Shown one piece after another: positions 17,740-28,150 of a DNA stretch of 64,000 nt (positions within the stretch are counted from its first letter, which is position 1; each line of letters opens with the position of its first letter). Position numbers and translations under genes: made by a program. Below the pieces are notes generated by a model. That model did no database searches. It was not told the origin of the DNA and saw only the letters and a list, made by a program, of their open reading frames with translations. Source of the stretch: a virus (taxonomy: Duplodnaviria > Caudoviricetes); IMG/VR virus record IMGVR_UViG_3300025679_000005. One strand, given 5' to 3'.

Positions 17740-18030
17740 ATGCCGTTACCCACAGCTTTAGGCCATCTCATTGAAGGGGTGGTCGAGTACAACACGATGA
17801 CGGATCGTTATCAGATCGTCACCCTGGAGGCCGAGGGGTCGGCCAAGACCGTCGATGTCCAGGACCTTCTAGGGCAGTATGAGGGAAAAGAGGTTAGGTT
17901 CACCCTGGCCTCTTTCGATAACTTGTCTGAATTGGCGAAGCTGGTTGAGAGTGCGGGCGGAGGTTTGGTCTCTGGGATAACCCCCGAGCAATTGCCTACA
18001 GTTCCGTTCAATATCGTCCGTAAATCCTAA
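17740..18030 (+). CDS. Hypothetical protein
   Basis: AGGA SD before ATG 17740; fills the nrdA-ligA gap. Confidence 0.6.
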   Translation: MPLPTALGHLIEGVVEYNTMTDRYQIVTLEAEGSAKTVDVQDLLGQYEGKEVRFTLASFDNLSELAKLVESAGGGLVSGITPEQLPTVPFNIVRKS

Positions 18031-18034
18031 CGAT

Positions 18035-18042
18035 TCGGTGTA
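18035..18042 (+). promoter_or_regulatory. TCGGTGTA motif (candidate phage promoter element)
   Basis: Identical 8-mer at 2337, 8309 and 33070, each shortly upstream of a gene start. Confidence 0.4.
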
Positions 18043-18051
18043 AAGGGAGGG

Positions 18052-19974
18052 ATGGTATCGCTCCCTCCCTCCCTTGCTCATCTGGACACCCTGAGGAAGA
18101 AGGTCGTTCAGGCTCAAATCGACTACACTCAGGGAAATCCTACGGTTTCAGATGAGGTGTACGACGCTTGGCGGGACGAGGCAGTTGAGGCCTGTAAGGC
18201 ACTGGGCCTCACCAACGACCCGATCTATGGGATCGGCGCTCCCGTAGAAGAGTCCTCCGAGTGGCCTAAGGTGCGTCATTCCACGTTGATGGGCTCCTTG
18301 GACAAGGTCCAGATCCCAGACCAGATGAATGATTGGGTCAAGGCCCTATCCCGAAAGACCGCTGAGGCTTACTTGATAACGGAGAAGATGGATGGCATAT
18401 CCATCAATCTTCGATTCGAGAATGGCACCCTAGTTCAAGCCTCCACCCGTGGCAGCGGGGTCATCGGGGAGAGTATCACACCCAACGTCCTTCGGATGAA
18501 AGGCTTGCCCAAAGCTCTAGCCAGAGACCTGAACATCACGCTTCGTGGTGAGATCGTGCTCCTCAAGAGCGACTTCCTAGCGCATTTCCCAGACAAAGCC
18601 AATCCCAGGAACACGGCCGCAGGTGTCTCTAAGCGGTCGGATGGCAAAGGGTGCGAGCACCTCTCGATCATCGTCTACCAGATTCAAGAGGGGTATGACT
18701 CGATCACAGAGTACGAGCAGTTCCTGCATATGGCTTCGTTGGGGTTCACTCTCCCCAACTTCTCGATCGTGTATGATGCGGCTGGCATCAATTCGGAGTG
18801 GGCTCGTTACCAGGCAGGCTTCCGGGACTCCCTGGACTATGAGATCGATGGTCTGGTCATTCGTTTGAATGACCTGGCGTACCAATACTCTCTAGGCGAG
18901 ACGAACGGCTGCCCTCAGGGAGCTGTGGCCTACAAGTTCACCCCCATTGCCAAAGAGACTACGATTAGGGAGATTCTCTGGCAGGTGGGCAGCATTGGTC
19001 GGATCACCCCTGTCGCAGTGTTTGATACCGTGAACCTCATCGGGGCTGCAACATCCAGAGCCAGCCTTTACAATCTGAAATACGTTGAAGATCTGGGAAT
19101 CGACATCGGGGCCAAGGTCCTAGTAGTCCGCGCCAATGACGTGATTCCCAGAGTACACCAGGTGACGGCTTCTACGGGAACGGTCGCGAAACCTCCGGGA
19201 CAGTGCCCTGTATGTTCAGCTGTTACCGCCCAAGATGGGGAGTACATTATCTGCCCTAATGTCTCGGAATGCCCCGCTCAGGTCGTTGGGCGGATCAAGC
19301 AGTGGGTGGCGGAGCTGGGGATCCTCGAATGGGGTGAGTCAGTCATTCAGAAGCTGGTGGATGCCGGCCTGGTGACCCACGTGGCGGACCTCTACAGGCT
19401 CAAACAAGACCAGGTAGCCGCCCTTGACCGGATGGGCGACAAGTCTGCCAAGAACGTTCTGAAGACCCTCTGGGGGGCCGCGGAGATGCCTCTGGAGAAG
19501 CTCCTGGGTGGGCTCAGCATTCCGCTTTGCGCCACTTCTACCATTCGAATTCTTGTGGACGCAGGGATGGACTCTGTGGATAAGATCGCCTCGGCGTCGG
19601 TCGACACCCTCCAGAAGGTCCCGGGGATGGGGCCTAAGCGGGCGGAAGCTTTGGTTGCCTGGCTCAAGGATCACCGTCCCATTGTGGATGACATCTTGTC
19701 TGTGGGTGTGAAGATCACTGCTAGGGCTCAAGGTGGTCTCACGGGTAAGTCTGTGTGTTTTACTGGCAAGTCGACCCGAAAGCGTGCCGAGTTGGAGCAG
19801 CTGGCCGAAGCCGCTGGGGGCACTGTTAAGAACTCCGTAGGCAAAGGTTTGACCTTTCTCGTGCTGGCCGACCCGAATTCGACATCCTCTAAGGCAGAGG
19901 CCGCCCGTAAGAACGGTACGACTTGTGTCTCCGAAGAAGACTTCGTGACCATGTGTGGTACTCCAAATGTCTGA
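18052..19974 (+). CDS. ligA: NAD-dependent DNA ligase
   Basis: EKMDG, RGE, NPRN, DGLVI, AYKF, CPVC...C...C zinc finger, HhH repeats, C-terminal BRCT. Confidence 0.96.
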   Translation: MVSLPPSLAHLDTLRKKVVQAQIDYTQGNPTVSDEVYDAWRDEAVEACKALGLTNDPIYGIGAPVEESSEWPKVRHSTLMGSLDKVQIPDQMNDWVKALSRKTAEAYLITEKMDGISINLRFENGTLVQASTRGSGVIGESITPNVLRMKGLPKALARDLNITLRGEIVLLKSDFLAHFPDKANPRNTAAGVSKRSDGKGCEHLSIIVYQIQEGYDSITEYEQFLHMASLGFTLPNFSIVYDAAGINSEWARYQAGFRDSLDYEIDGLVIRLNDLAYQYSLGETNGCPQGAVAYKFTPIAKETTIREILWQVGSIGRITPVAVFDTVNLIGAATSRASLYNLKYVEDLGIDIGAKVLVVRANDVIPRVHQVTASTGTVAKPPGQCPVCSAVTAQDGEYIICPNVSECPAQVVGRIKQWVAELGILEWGESVIQKLVDAGLVTHVADLYRLKQDQVAALDRMGDKSAKNVLKTLWGAAEMPLEKLLGGLSIPLCATSTIRILVDAGMDSVDKIASASVDTLQKVPGMGPKRAEALVAWLKDHRPIVDDILSVGVKITARAQGGLTGKSVCFTGKSTRKRAELEQLAEAAGGTVKNSVGKGLTFLVLADPNSTSSKAEAARKNGTTCVSEEDFVTMCGTPNV

Positions 19975-22177
19975 TACTTTACGGGGCCGTGTGTACTCGG
20001 TCGTGTTCAGCCAGGACGGGTACTACATCCTGAATTTCGATCCGGACGGCGGTGGTCGACCGGTCAAAGTCAAGGGTAACCTATATGGGCTGCTCCAAAT
20101 AAAGGCAGGCATTGCCATCGAGCTGGTGGGGAAATGGGCCACCAGTAAGAAGTACGGTCAGGAGTTCCTCATCCAGACTTGGCAACCTTGGGGAGACACG
20201 GCCGCGGAGGTCTCCGATTTCCTACAAACGTGTGTGAAGGAGTTCGCAGATTTTAGAGTGGTAGATGCTTTGGTTAAAACCCACGGTGTGTCTACCTACG
20301 AGCAGCTCACCAAACTAGCCGATGTCGTGATCGAGGCTCCGGAAGGGTTCTACCCGGATGTCTCCAAAGAGAGTATGTCTAAGGCAGTCCTGGGTTGGGA
20401 GACTGCCTTATCAACACGAGACCTCTCCGTACTGCTTCGGGAGGGGGGTCTAGGGGCCATGGAGGTCCAGGCGGCCATGGCTCGTTTTGGAGCCGACGCC
20501 CCCAGGATTGTTGCAGAGAACCCGTATCGTTTGATGGAAATATTGGGGTTTTCGTTCGCCAAAATAGACAAGCTGGCGATGAACCTGGGCTGTAAGTTTA
20601 GTGACCACAGGCGCATACAAGGGCTGGTGCTCTGGGCTCTTCAGGAAGCTGCCAAGCAAGGGCACCTCTACCTACGCAGAGGGGAATTGAGCGAGCACAT
20701 TGCGGAGTTGGCCAAGAAGGACAGTCTGGTGTTGTCGCTTGCCGAGCCGGCCAAGGTATACGACGCTGCGGTTGTCGAGCTAGTAGAACACAAGGCGGTG
20801 ATGCTCGATGTGGAGGCAGGCCTGTACCTACCTCAGCTGTTCGAGTTTGAGCGCAAAAGCGCCAAGTACATTGCCACCCTGCTTACAGAGTCCATCCCTC
20901 TTGGGGTAGACTCGTCCGCCTTCATAGAAGCCTATGAGAAGTCCCACCACATTCGCCTCTCTGACGCTCAGAGACAGGCGGTAGAACTGCTGTCCAAACA
21001 CAGGGCTCTGGTGATTACGGGGCTGCCTGGCACGGGAAAAACCACCGTCCTGAGAGCCCTCGTGAGGTTTTTGGAGGAGGCTAAGGTGAGCTTCAAGCTC
21101 ATGGCTCCTACAGGCATTGCGGCTAAGCGTCTGGCGTCGGTGACGGGCCACGAGGCGTCCACGGTGCACAGAGCCCTCAAGTACGACGGCAGCGCCTGGG
21201 GGTGCCACGAGAACAACTACTTCATGACAGACGCGGTCATCACCGACGAAGCCAGTATGATGGATCAGGAGCTGCTCTACCGGCTTCTGAGTGCTTTGCG
21301 TTCGGACACCAGGGTCGTTCTGGTGGGGGATGACGCTCAGCTACCCTCGGTAGGCCCGGGAAACGTTCTTCGAGAACTCATCGACTGCAAGTCGGTCCCC
21401 CATGTCAAGCTAACTGAGATCTTTCGCCAGGACTCTCAGGGGGAGATCGTCACCAATTCTCACAGGATAAACTCTGGGAAGATGCCTGAGCTGGCTGACC
21501 CTAAAAAGGAATCGGAATTCAAGTTCGTCAGGCTCAGTGATGAGGCTAGGATCGCAAGTTTGATCGTGGAGATGGCTGTCAAGCTCAAGTCACGGGACGC
21601 CAACTTTCAAGTGCTATCACCCAAGTACGATGGCATCGTGGGGGTAGACAACCTCAATGAGATGCTTCGTGACGCCCTGAATCCCTCTGGTCCTAAAGAG
21701 TGGTCTAACGGTAAACAGAGGTTCAGAGAGGGCGACCGTCTCATGGTCATCCAAAATGACTACAAGCTCAAGGTCTACAACGGAGACGTGGGCAAGTTGC
21801 GTTACGTGAACAAGGACACCTTAATTGTGAAGATCCATGGGTTGGGGTCGCAGTTGGAAGAGGACATCAGCTTCCCTGAAGGGGTAGCGGGCTCTAAGTT
21901 GAGACTGGCTTACGCCATCACAGTCCATAAGAGCCAGGGCTCTGAGTTCGATACCATCATCCTCCCAATCGTTCGGACTCAGGGCCGCATGCTGCAACGC
22001 AACCTTCTGTATACGGCGGTCACTAGGGCTAAGAAGCGCGTCTGGCTAATTGGCGAAGAGACGGCTATTCAGAAGGCGATTGAGAACAACAAGGTAGTAC
22101 GTAGGAACACGGTCTTGTCAAAGGCCATCGCAGGCAATCTGGTAGCTGTGGGCGTACCTGTCGGAGACAAATCATGA
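19967..22177 (+). CDS. recD2: RecD2-like SF1B helicase
   Basis: ENPYRLM, GLPGTGKTT, MAPTGIAAKRL, DEASM, GDDAQLPSVGPG, AYAITVHKSQGSEF, LLYTAVTRAK. Confidence 0.93.
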   Translation: MSDTLRGRVYSVVFSQDGYYILNFDPDGGGRPVKVKGNLYGLLQIKAGIAIELVGKWATSKKYGQEFLIQTWQPWGDTAAEVSDFLQTCVKEFADFRVVDALVKTHGVSTYEQLTKLADVVIEAPEGFYPDVSKESMSKAVLGWETALSTRDLSVLLREGGLGAMEVQAAMARFGADAPRIVAENPYRLMEILGFSFAKIDKLAMNLGCKFSDHRRIQGLVLWALQEAAKQGHLYLRRGELSEHIAELAKKDSLVLSLAEPAKVYDAAVVELVEHKAVMLDVEAGLYLPQLFEFERKSAKYIATLLTESIPLGVDSSAFIEAYEKSHHIRLSDAQRQAVELLSKHRALVITGLPGTGKTTVLRALVRFLEEAKVSFKLMAPTGIAAKRLASVTGHEASTVHRALKYDGSAWGCHENNYFMTDAVITDEASMMDQELLYRLLSALRSDTRVVLVGDDAQLPSVGPGNVLRELIDCKSVPHVKLTEIFRQDSQGEIVTNSHRINSGKMPELADPKKESEFKFVRLSDEARIASLIVEMAVKLKSRDANFQVLSPKYDGIVGVDNLNEMLRDALNPSGPKEWSNGKQRFREGDRLMVIQNDYKLKVYNGDVGKLRYVNKDTLIVKIHGLGSQLEEDISFPEGVAGSKLRLAYAITVHKSQGSEFDTIILPIVRTQGRMLQRNLLYTAVTRAKKRVWLIGEETAIQKAIENNKVVRRNTVLSKAIAGNLVAVGVPVGDKS

Positions 22178-22944
22178 AGCAAGAACGCATCGAAGCCATC
22201 TATGATCAATTAGGGGACCTGGTAGTCGAACTATCCAGGGATCCCGTATCGATGGGTCCTGCTTACTTGCAAGACCTGATTGCAAGGACCCGCGGCTACC
22301 TCAATATAGCCAGCAATATGGTGCATGAGGTGCACCGCCAGAAGTCGTCTATTGAGACCGAGCTGGATGCCAAAGAAGCGGCGTTCCTGATCAGCTCGGA
22401 TGGCTTATTGGCTGACGATGCAAGGGTGACTCGTCTCCCTAATATTGAGGATCGAAAGGCCATGATCAACCTGATTCTAAGGGAAGAACGGGCTGAAATA
22501 CTGAAGCTAAAGAACCAGGTAAAAGAGCTTGGATTCGTGGACAAAGCCATCCGACACCGCCATAAGGAGTTGGACAATACAATGAGCGCCATTCGCATGC
22601 AGAAGGCCCTCATTGACTCTGAACTGAGAACAGGCGCCTTTTATGGGGATGAAACGGAAACCTCCCGTAAGTCATCCTACAGAGCCCCTTCAAAGGGCCC
22701 TGTGACGGCCGATAGCTTCTCTATCGACGACTCGGAGCTTCTACAGCTTCTGGAAGGCTCTGCGGAGCCTATAGGCCTGCTAGGCGCGGGCGAAATTATT
22801 GAGGAGGATGAGGACCCACAATCAGTAGTGGTGGCCCCTGCTGAAGAGCCCAAGGCAATGACAGCTGCGGAGTCTGAGGACAGCATGGCAGTCGAAAAAT
22901 TCTTGGAAGGCGACGATTATTCAGCAGTGTTTGACAATCTTTGA
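22174..22944 (+). CDS. Coiled-coil protein with an acidic tail; possible recombination mediator
   Basis: Helical heptads then a D/E-rich tail; lies between the helicase and the SSB-like gene. A UvsY-like role is inference only. Confidence 0.5.
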   Translation: MKQERIEAIYDQLGDLVVELSRDPVSMGPAYLQDLIARTRGYLNIASNMVHEVHRQKSSIETELDAKEAAFLISSDGLLADDARVTRLPNIEDRKAMINLILREERAEILKLKNQVKELGFVDKAIRHRHKELDNTMSAIRMQKALIDSELRTGAFYGDETETSRKSSYRAPSKGPVTADSFSIDDSELLQLLEGSAEPIGLLGAGEIIEEDEDPQSVVVAPAEEPKAMTAAESEDSMAVEKFLEGDDYSAVFDNL

Positions 22945-22960
22945 TTGCACACGGTGTAGT
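22931..22960 (+). promoter_or_regulatory. sigma70-like promoter TTGACA-N18-TGTAGT upstream of the SSB-like gene
   Basis: Perfect -35 at 22931-22936; the -10 region contains the CGGTGTA motif. Confidence 0.45.
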
Positions 22961-23050
22961 AGCCAATAACGAGTTCACACCCCTACCCAACAACCTAATT
23001 TGTAGGTGGTGAGGACCCTTTTCAATCAGCAGTAGGAGCAAGAAACCATC

Positions 23051-23902
23051 ATGGAAATAGATCTCGATACGAACTACGATGACGATGTAGGTCTTGGTGC
23101 AGAAGACAAGAAGCACGCCCGTTCGAACCAACTAGAGTGGTTCAAAGGGGAGAAAGGCCGCACCTACCGTGTGTCCCTCGTGTACTTCAATCCGCTCGAA
23201 GCCTCTGTCGTCAGGGCTGTCCGGAAGAAGAACCCCCAGGCCACGAAGGAAGAAATACTTGCCGCCGTAAACGGTGTCTTCGCCAAGAAGGCTGAAGCAC
23301 TGGGTAAGTCCGCCGACCAACTAACCGGCGGGGACAAGCTGGACCTCAACAACGTCCGCTTCAAGAAAATAGAGGCGCACTACAAGGAGGGCGTCGGTTA
23401 TGTCGTTTCCCGATTGGGTAAGGACGGACCCGAGGCCGACTCGGTTTGGAAGACGTTGGGCGATATGAAGACCTACTTCACAACTTGCCTCATCGTTTAC
23501 CCGACCACTCGCGAAGGCGAGCCGATCAAAGACCAGCTTCCTACCAACTGGACCGTCACCCCGTGGCGCTTCAGCAACAAGATATTTCGCCGCTTGCATG
23601 AAGTGGCGGAGTCGCTTCGTTCGAACGACTTGAACATCTGCATGCAGGATCTCAGCCTGAAGTGCACCAATACGGAGTTCCAGAACTTCGACATTGATGG
23701 TGCAGGCAAGGCTCTGTGGCGGATCAACGACAAGTTCCAAACAAGGGTGCTGGAGAAGGCTCTCCCGATCTACGAGAAGTTGGTGCCATTCCGTGAAATG
23801 AGCACCGCCGACTTGAAGATCAAGCTCGGAATTTCCGACGGTGGCGGTGTCGATACCACCATGGACGGCGGAGACTTCGGCAACTTGATGGACCAGGTCT
23901 GA
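23051..23902 (+). CDS. Probable phage single-stranded DNA-binding protein
   Basis: Aromatic-rich beta pattern (WFKGEKGRTYRV, WTVTPWRFS, NTEFQNFDI), acidic C-terminal tail, position before ruvC-recA. Confidence 0.65.
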   Translation: MEIDLDTNYDDDVGLGAEDKKHARSNQLEWFKGEKGRTYRVSLVYFNPLEASVVRAVRKKNPQATKEEILAAVNGVFAKKAEALGKSADQLTGGDKLDLNNVRFKKIEAHYKEGVGYVVSRLGKDGPEADSVWKTLGDMKTYFTTCLIVYPTTREGEPIKDQLPTNWTVTPWRFSNKIFRRLHEVAESLRSNDLNICMQDLSLKCTNTEFQNFDIDGAGKALWRINDKFQTRVLEKALPIYEKLVPFREMSTADLKIKLGISDGGGVDTTMDGGDFGNLMDQV

Positions 23903-23929
23903 TCTGGAGTGGGGCTCCGGCCCCACGTC

Positions 23930-24649
23930 ATGATCGTCCTAGGACTTGATCCGTCTTTGACCGGATTCGGCTGGGCAGTTCACAACTCCAATGTTGTGGG
24001 CCCCAGCCGAGTCTTGGCCAAGGGACAGTTCATCACAGATGCAAACGCCCTGTTCATTGAGCGTTATGCTGCAATTCGTGACGCGCTGATAACCCTGATA
24101 GGGCAGTACCCTATTGAGGCTGTGGGCGTAGAATCCCCTCCTTACGGAGAGAGCTTCAGTGAAGGCCTGTATGGCCTGTTCCTGTACGTGAATGAAGCCC
24201 TCCACCTTTGTCGGAAAGACGTTGTCTACTTCGATCCGACAACCCTGAAAATGCTGGCCAAGATGGACCCTAACGTCCGTCGAGGAACGATGGACAAGGG
24301 TGACATGGTGGAAGCGGCGAAGTCTGATACTCAGATCAAGAAGTGGCACCACAATGAAGCTGACGCCTACCTCATTGCCAGAAGCGCAGCCCGCTTTTGG
24401 AAGAGGGAGTCGCAGCTGATTACAGATGAAGACCTAACACCTTCGGAGCTGCGCTCTTTCGCTAGAGTGCACACCTACCAAAAGGGGGCGAAGGCAGGTC
24501 GAACGGTCAAGGCAGGGCTGATATTCCGAGAGGACGACAGGTTCTTCCGGTACTCCAAGATACCCCCCATTCCAGAAGAAGAGGAACTAGTAAAATGGCT
24601 CAGCGCAAGAAACCACCAGAAGGCTCTGAAGATCAAGGTTCTCAAGTGA
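23930..24649 (+). CDS. ruvC: RuvC-like Holliday junction resolvase
   Basis: VLGLDPSLTGFGWAV, VGVESP, HNEADAYLIA. Confidence 0.88.
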   Translation: MIVLGLDPSLTGFGWAVHNSNVVGPSRVLAKGQFITDANALFIERYAAIRDALITLIGQYPIEAVGVESPPYGESFSEGLYGLFLYVNEALHLCRKDVVYFDPTTLKMLAKMDPNVRRGTMDKGDMVEAAKSDTQIKKWHHNEADAYLIARSAARFWKRESQLITDEDLTPSELRSFARVHTYQKGAKAGRTVKAGLIFREDDRFFRYSKIPPIPEEEELVKWLSARNHQKALKIKVLK

Positions 24650-25950
24650 GTGCTCAGGCACCTGCCCCCAAAGCTCCCCCAAAGGCAGCTGCCAAGACTC
24701 CGGCCGCCAAGGCTGCTGACGAAGATGCTGCCAAGCGTGTGGCGATGGCCCGAGCAGCCATCCTCAGAAGCACCGGCAAGAAGATCGTGGGCGAGGACAA
24801 GAGTGCTCTCCCCTACGTATCCACCGGCAGCTTCCTCTTAGATCACCTCATCGGTGGCACCATGGCAGAGGACGGCAAGGCTTCGATTTGTCCAGGTTAC
24901 CCCCGTCGCTGCTACACGGAAATATATGGCGCTGAAGCGTCGGGCAAAACCACAGCTGCCCTCGAAGCTGTCGCCGATATCCAGAAGCAACCTGGCGGCA
25001 TCGCCATGTACCTCGACTTCGAGAAGGCTCTGAATCAGAAGTATGCTCGTTCGATTGGGGTAGTATTCGACCCGAACAAGTTGATGCTGTTCCAGCCGGA
25101 TACGATGGAAGAGGGCTTCAAGATGTTGTGGGCTGGCCTGAAGATGGGTGTTGATCTCATCGTCATTGACTCGGTGGCGGCCATGGTTCCGAAAGAGGAA
25201 CTAGAGAAGGGTTTTGACGACCCGCAACGCATCGGTGCTCAGGCCCGTGTCCTCAGCATAATCCTGCCCAAGCTGGCCACATGGTTCAACAATCCGACGA
25301 TCTCTACGAACCCTAAGGGGACGGCGCTGATCTTCATCAATCAGATTCGTGCGCTGATCAGTACTACATCCAGAAATCCAGACGCAGACAACACTCCTGG
25401 CGGCAAGGCTCTGAAGTACTATGCCCACCTTCGTGTCAAGTTCACCAGGCTTCGAGGGGAGAAAGTCGAGCGCAAAAACAAGTTCACTGGTAAGGTCCAA
25501 AAGTACGACTTTGGGCAACATACCCAAGCCAAGATCATCAAGTCTAGGCTTGATGGCTCGAACGGACACACCACGGACCTGTTCATCCGGTACGGCCACG
25601 GCATCGACAACTACTACAGTCTGATCGAATCGGGGGTGGCCACCCACATCATCAAGAAATCAGGGTCAACCCTCTCATACGGTGGTCATGACGAACGTAG
25701 CCGGGACAAGTTCCGCAGCTACTTAGTCAACAATCCAGCGATCTTCGAGGAACTGAAGATCAAGGTGGTTAGAGCTGTCAAGGATGACGCCCCGATTGAA
25801 GAGCTGGACGAGGACGACGAGTTGGTAGAATCGATGGATGAGGCTTTTGAAGCTTTGACTACAGAAGAATCCTCCTCAGAAGAGGTCATCGAGACCGAGG
25901 ACTTCGTGGCCGAAGACCAGGCAGCTCAGGACGATACGGCAGCAGAATGA
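24595..25950 (+). CDS. recA: RecA recombinase with N- and C-terminal extensions
   Basis: GAEASGKTT, DFEKAL, LIVIDSVAAMVP, FINQIR, TPGGKALKYYA. Confidence 0.96.
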   Translation: MAQRKKPPEGSEDQGSQVSAQAPAPKAPPKAAAKTPAAKAADEDAAKRVAMARAAILRSTGKKIVGEDKSALPYVSTGSFLLDHLIGGTMAEDGKASICPGYPRRCYTEIYGAEASGKTTAALEAVADIQKQPGGIAMYLDFEKALNQKYARSIGVVFDPNKLMLFQPDTMEEGFKMLWAGLKMGVDLIVIDSVAAMVPKEELEKGFDDPQRIGAQARVLSIILPKLATWFNNPTISTNPKGTALIFINQIRALISTTSRNPDADNTPGGKALKYYAHLRVKFTRLRGEKVERKNKFTGKVQKYDFGQHTQAKIIKSRLDGSNGHTTDLFIRYGHGIDNYYSLIESGVATHIIKKSGSTLSYGGHDERSRDKFRSYLVNNPAIFEELKIKVVRAVKDDAPIEELDEDDELVESMDEAFEALTTEESSSEEVIETEDFVAEDQAAQDDTAAE

Positions 25951-27188
25951 TCGAAATCGAAGTCAGCGACTTCCAGTCGATCAGGCATACCGATGTGACT
26001 ATCGACAAGTTCTCGGTCATCGTGGGCCGCTCGAACATTGGAAAAAGTGCGCTCGTGAGGGCTGTTCAGTTTGCCCTCACGGGGGCTGTCGGCACTGACT
26101 TCGTACGTCACGGAGCGGCCTGTGACAGGGCCGCTCGTGGCACCAAGAAATGCAAGTGTTTCTCCAGGGTCCGGGTCAAGACCTCGGCCATTGAGTTTAC
26201 TTGGGAGAAGGGCGACAACGTCAATCGCTATACGGTTATTCAAGAGGGCGTGTCTCAGGTGTATGAGGGACTGGATCGGGGCACCCCTCCGTTTCTAGCC
26301 GATACCTTCCAACCCATCAAAGTGGGGGACAGTAAGGAACTGGCTCAAATACCAGATCAATTCGAGCCCATTTTCCTCCTGAACAAGTCTGGGACGGTGG
26401 TGGCTGATGTTCTTAGTGATGTGGCTCAGCTAGATGAGATCAATGTGGCCATGGCTATGGCCGTCAAGGATCGTAAGGACTGCGGGGCCACTAGGAAGGT
26501 GAGAACGCAGGATATCGTCGATTTGAACAAGTCCCTGGAGAAGTACCTGGGCTCGGATACGGCCGTGGCAGCCGCCGCCGCCCTGCAAGTGCGTTTGGAA
26601 GGCGCCAAGCACAAGCAGACCCAAGCAGACTTGCTGGATCGCTTCGTCGCTTCAGCCAAGGCTCTGACCCTATCTTTGACGACGCTGAACAAGGCAACAG
26701 CCCCGGCCTTGCCAGACCTAGAGCCCTTGAAAGAGACCTCGGGCAGTCTCACCCAAATAGGCGCCTTCTGTTCTAAGGTGTCCGACCTAGCCCCACAGGT
26801 ACAGAGCTTGTCGGGGGTTACGTCTGTGACGTTGCCTGAGGACCCCAACCTACAGGTTGGCCCTCAGAAGCTCTCCAAGATGGGGGTGTGGCTCAACCGC
26901 CTTCAGAGCCTAAAAGCGTCCCTGGACGGTTGGGAAACCCTAGAGAAGGTACCTGAGGTTGAGGATCAGGCTCCAGTGAAAGCCAAGTATCTGAAGCTGG
27001 TCGGGCTGAACATCCTGGTGTCCAAAGTGGTAGCCATCGAGGCCAGCTACAGTACGGCCAAGAAGGACCTCGAAGCTGTCATCAAGCTTGAGGCGGAGAT
27101 CCTCAAGGAACTGAACGACCTGGGGATGTGCCCAGCATGTTCCCAGTCAATTGACGCCGAGCACGCTCTGCACCTGGAGGCCTCGTGA
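25947..27188 (+). CDS. SbcC/Rad50-like ATPase, N-terminal half (Walker A to zinc hook)
   Basis: IEVSDFQSI...GRSNIGKS; Q-loop-like QIPDQ; ends at CPACSQ with no Walker B. Confidence 0.85.
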   Translation: MIEIEVSDFQSIRHTDVTIDKFSVIVGRSNIGKSALVRAVQFALTGAVGTDFVRHGAACDRAARGTKKCKCFSRVRVKTSAIEFTWEKGDNVNRYTVIQEGVSQVYEGLDRGTPPFLADTFQPIKVGDSKELAQIPDQFEPIFLLNKSGTVVADVLSDVAQLDEINVAMAMAVKDRKDCGATRKVRTQDIVDLNKSLEKYLGSDTAVAAAAALQVRLEGAKHKQTQADLLDRFVASAKALTLSLTTLNKATAPALPDLEPLKETSGSLTQIGAFCSKVSDLAPQVQSLSGVTSVTLPEDPNLQVGPQKLSKMGVWLNRLQSLKASLDGWETLEKVPEVEDQAPVKAKYLKLVGLNILVSKVVAIEASYSTAKKDLEAVIKLEAEILKELNDLGMCPACSQSIDAEHALHLEAS

Positions 27189-28150
27189 AATTTATCTTCC
27201 GGACGGACGTGCATGCCGCAGACAAGGGCCCCTCCTCGTGGAAGGGCGACTACCCAGCGGAGATTCGGAGCAATCTCGTTCAAATAGGCGAGATTGCTAG
27301 GAAGCACGGGGCGACGGCTGTCTTGGATGGGGGCGACTTCTTCCACGTCAAGGATGCCGTGAAGAACTCCCATGCTTTGGTCAAGGACATCATGTCCCTG
27401 CACAACGAGTATTACCCGTGCCCTGTTTACTGTGTGGAGGGCAACCACGACATTGTGGGCAACAATCTCACGACCCTGTCCAAACAGCCCCTAGGAGTCT
27501 TGATCGAGTCCGGAGTGTTCCGAGAGCTTCGTGAGGAGGTTTTTACGGACGGGCTTGATCAAGTTAGAATCGTAGGCTTCCCGTACAGCTCGGAGCGCAC
27601 TCTCAGGGAGATTCAAGAGGCGAGGAAGCAACCAGGGGACACCTGCCTGATAGCAGTCGTTCACGCACTGGCTGGGGAGAACCCGCCGGCCAATGTGGAG
27701 GACTTCTTCGGAGAGCCTGTCTTCCGGTACGACACCATGATCGTTGAGGGTGGCCCAGATGTCCTGTTGTTTGGGCATTGGCATCGAGATCAGGGGATCG
27801 TTCAGCTGGAGGGGCGATTCTTCGTCAATCAAGGCGCCGTGTCCCGAGGGGCGCTGGTACGGGAGAACTTAGAGCGTACACCCAAGGTAGCCCTCATTGA
27901 GGTAGCCGATGGCGTGATCACCGTCAAGGCCATGCCACTTACTGTGCTCCCGGCCGAAGAGGTCTTCGATGTCGAGCGCAAAGAGCGCCTGGAGAAAGAA
28001 GCCCTGGCTATTGATCAGTTCGTTGCACAGATGGAGGCGGATTCCGAGGAGGACACTCCCAAGGACATCGACACTAGCCTGTCTGTGCTGAATTTCGCTC
28101 CTGAGGTTCGAAAGCGGGCTCAGGTTTATCTAGAGAGAGCCCGGTCATGA
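27185..28150 (+). CDS. sbcD: SbcD/Mre11-like metallophosphoesterase nuclease
   Basis: DVH, GGDFFH, GNHD, VVH, GHWH. Confidence 0.88.
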   Translation: MKFIFRTDVHAADKGPSSWKGDYPAEIRSNLVQIGEIARKHGATAVLDGGDFFHVKDAVKNSHALVKDIMSLHNEYYPCPVYCVEGNHDIVGNNLTTLSKQPLGVLIESGVFRELREEVFTDGLDQVRIVGFPYSSERTLREIQEARKQPGDTCLIAVVHALAGENPPANVEDFFGEPVFRYDTMIVEGGPDVLLFGHWHRDQGIVQLEGRFFVNQGAVSRGALVRENLERTPKVALIEVADGVITVKAMPLTVLPAEEVFDVERKERLEKEALAIDQFVAQMEADSEEDTPKDIDTSLSVLNFAPEVRKRAQVYLERARS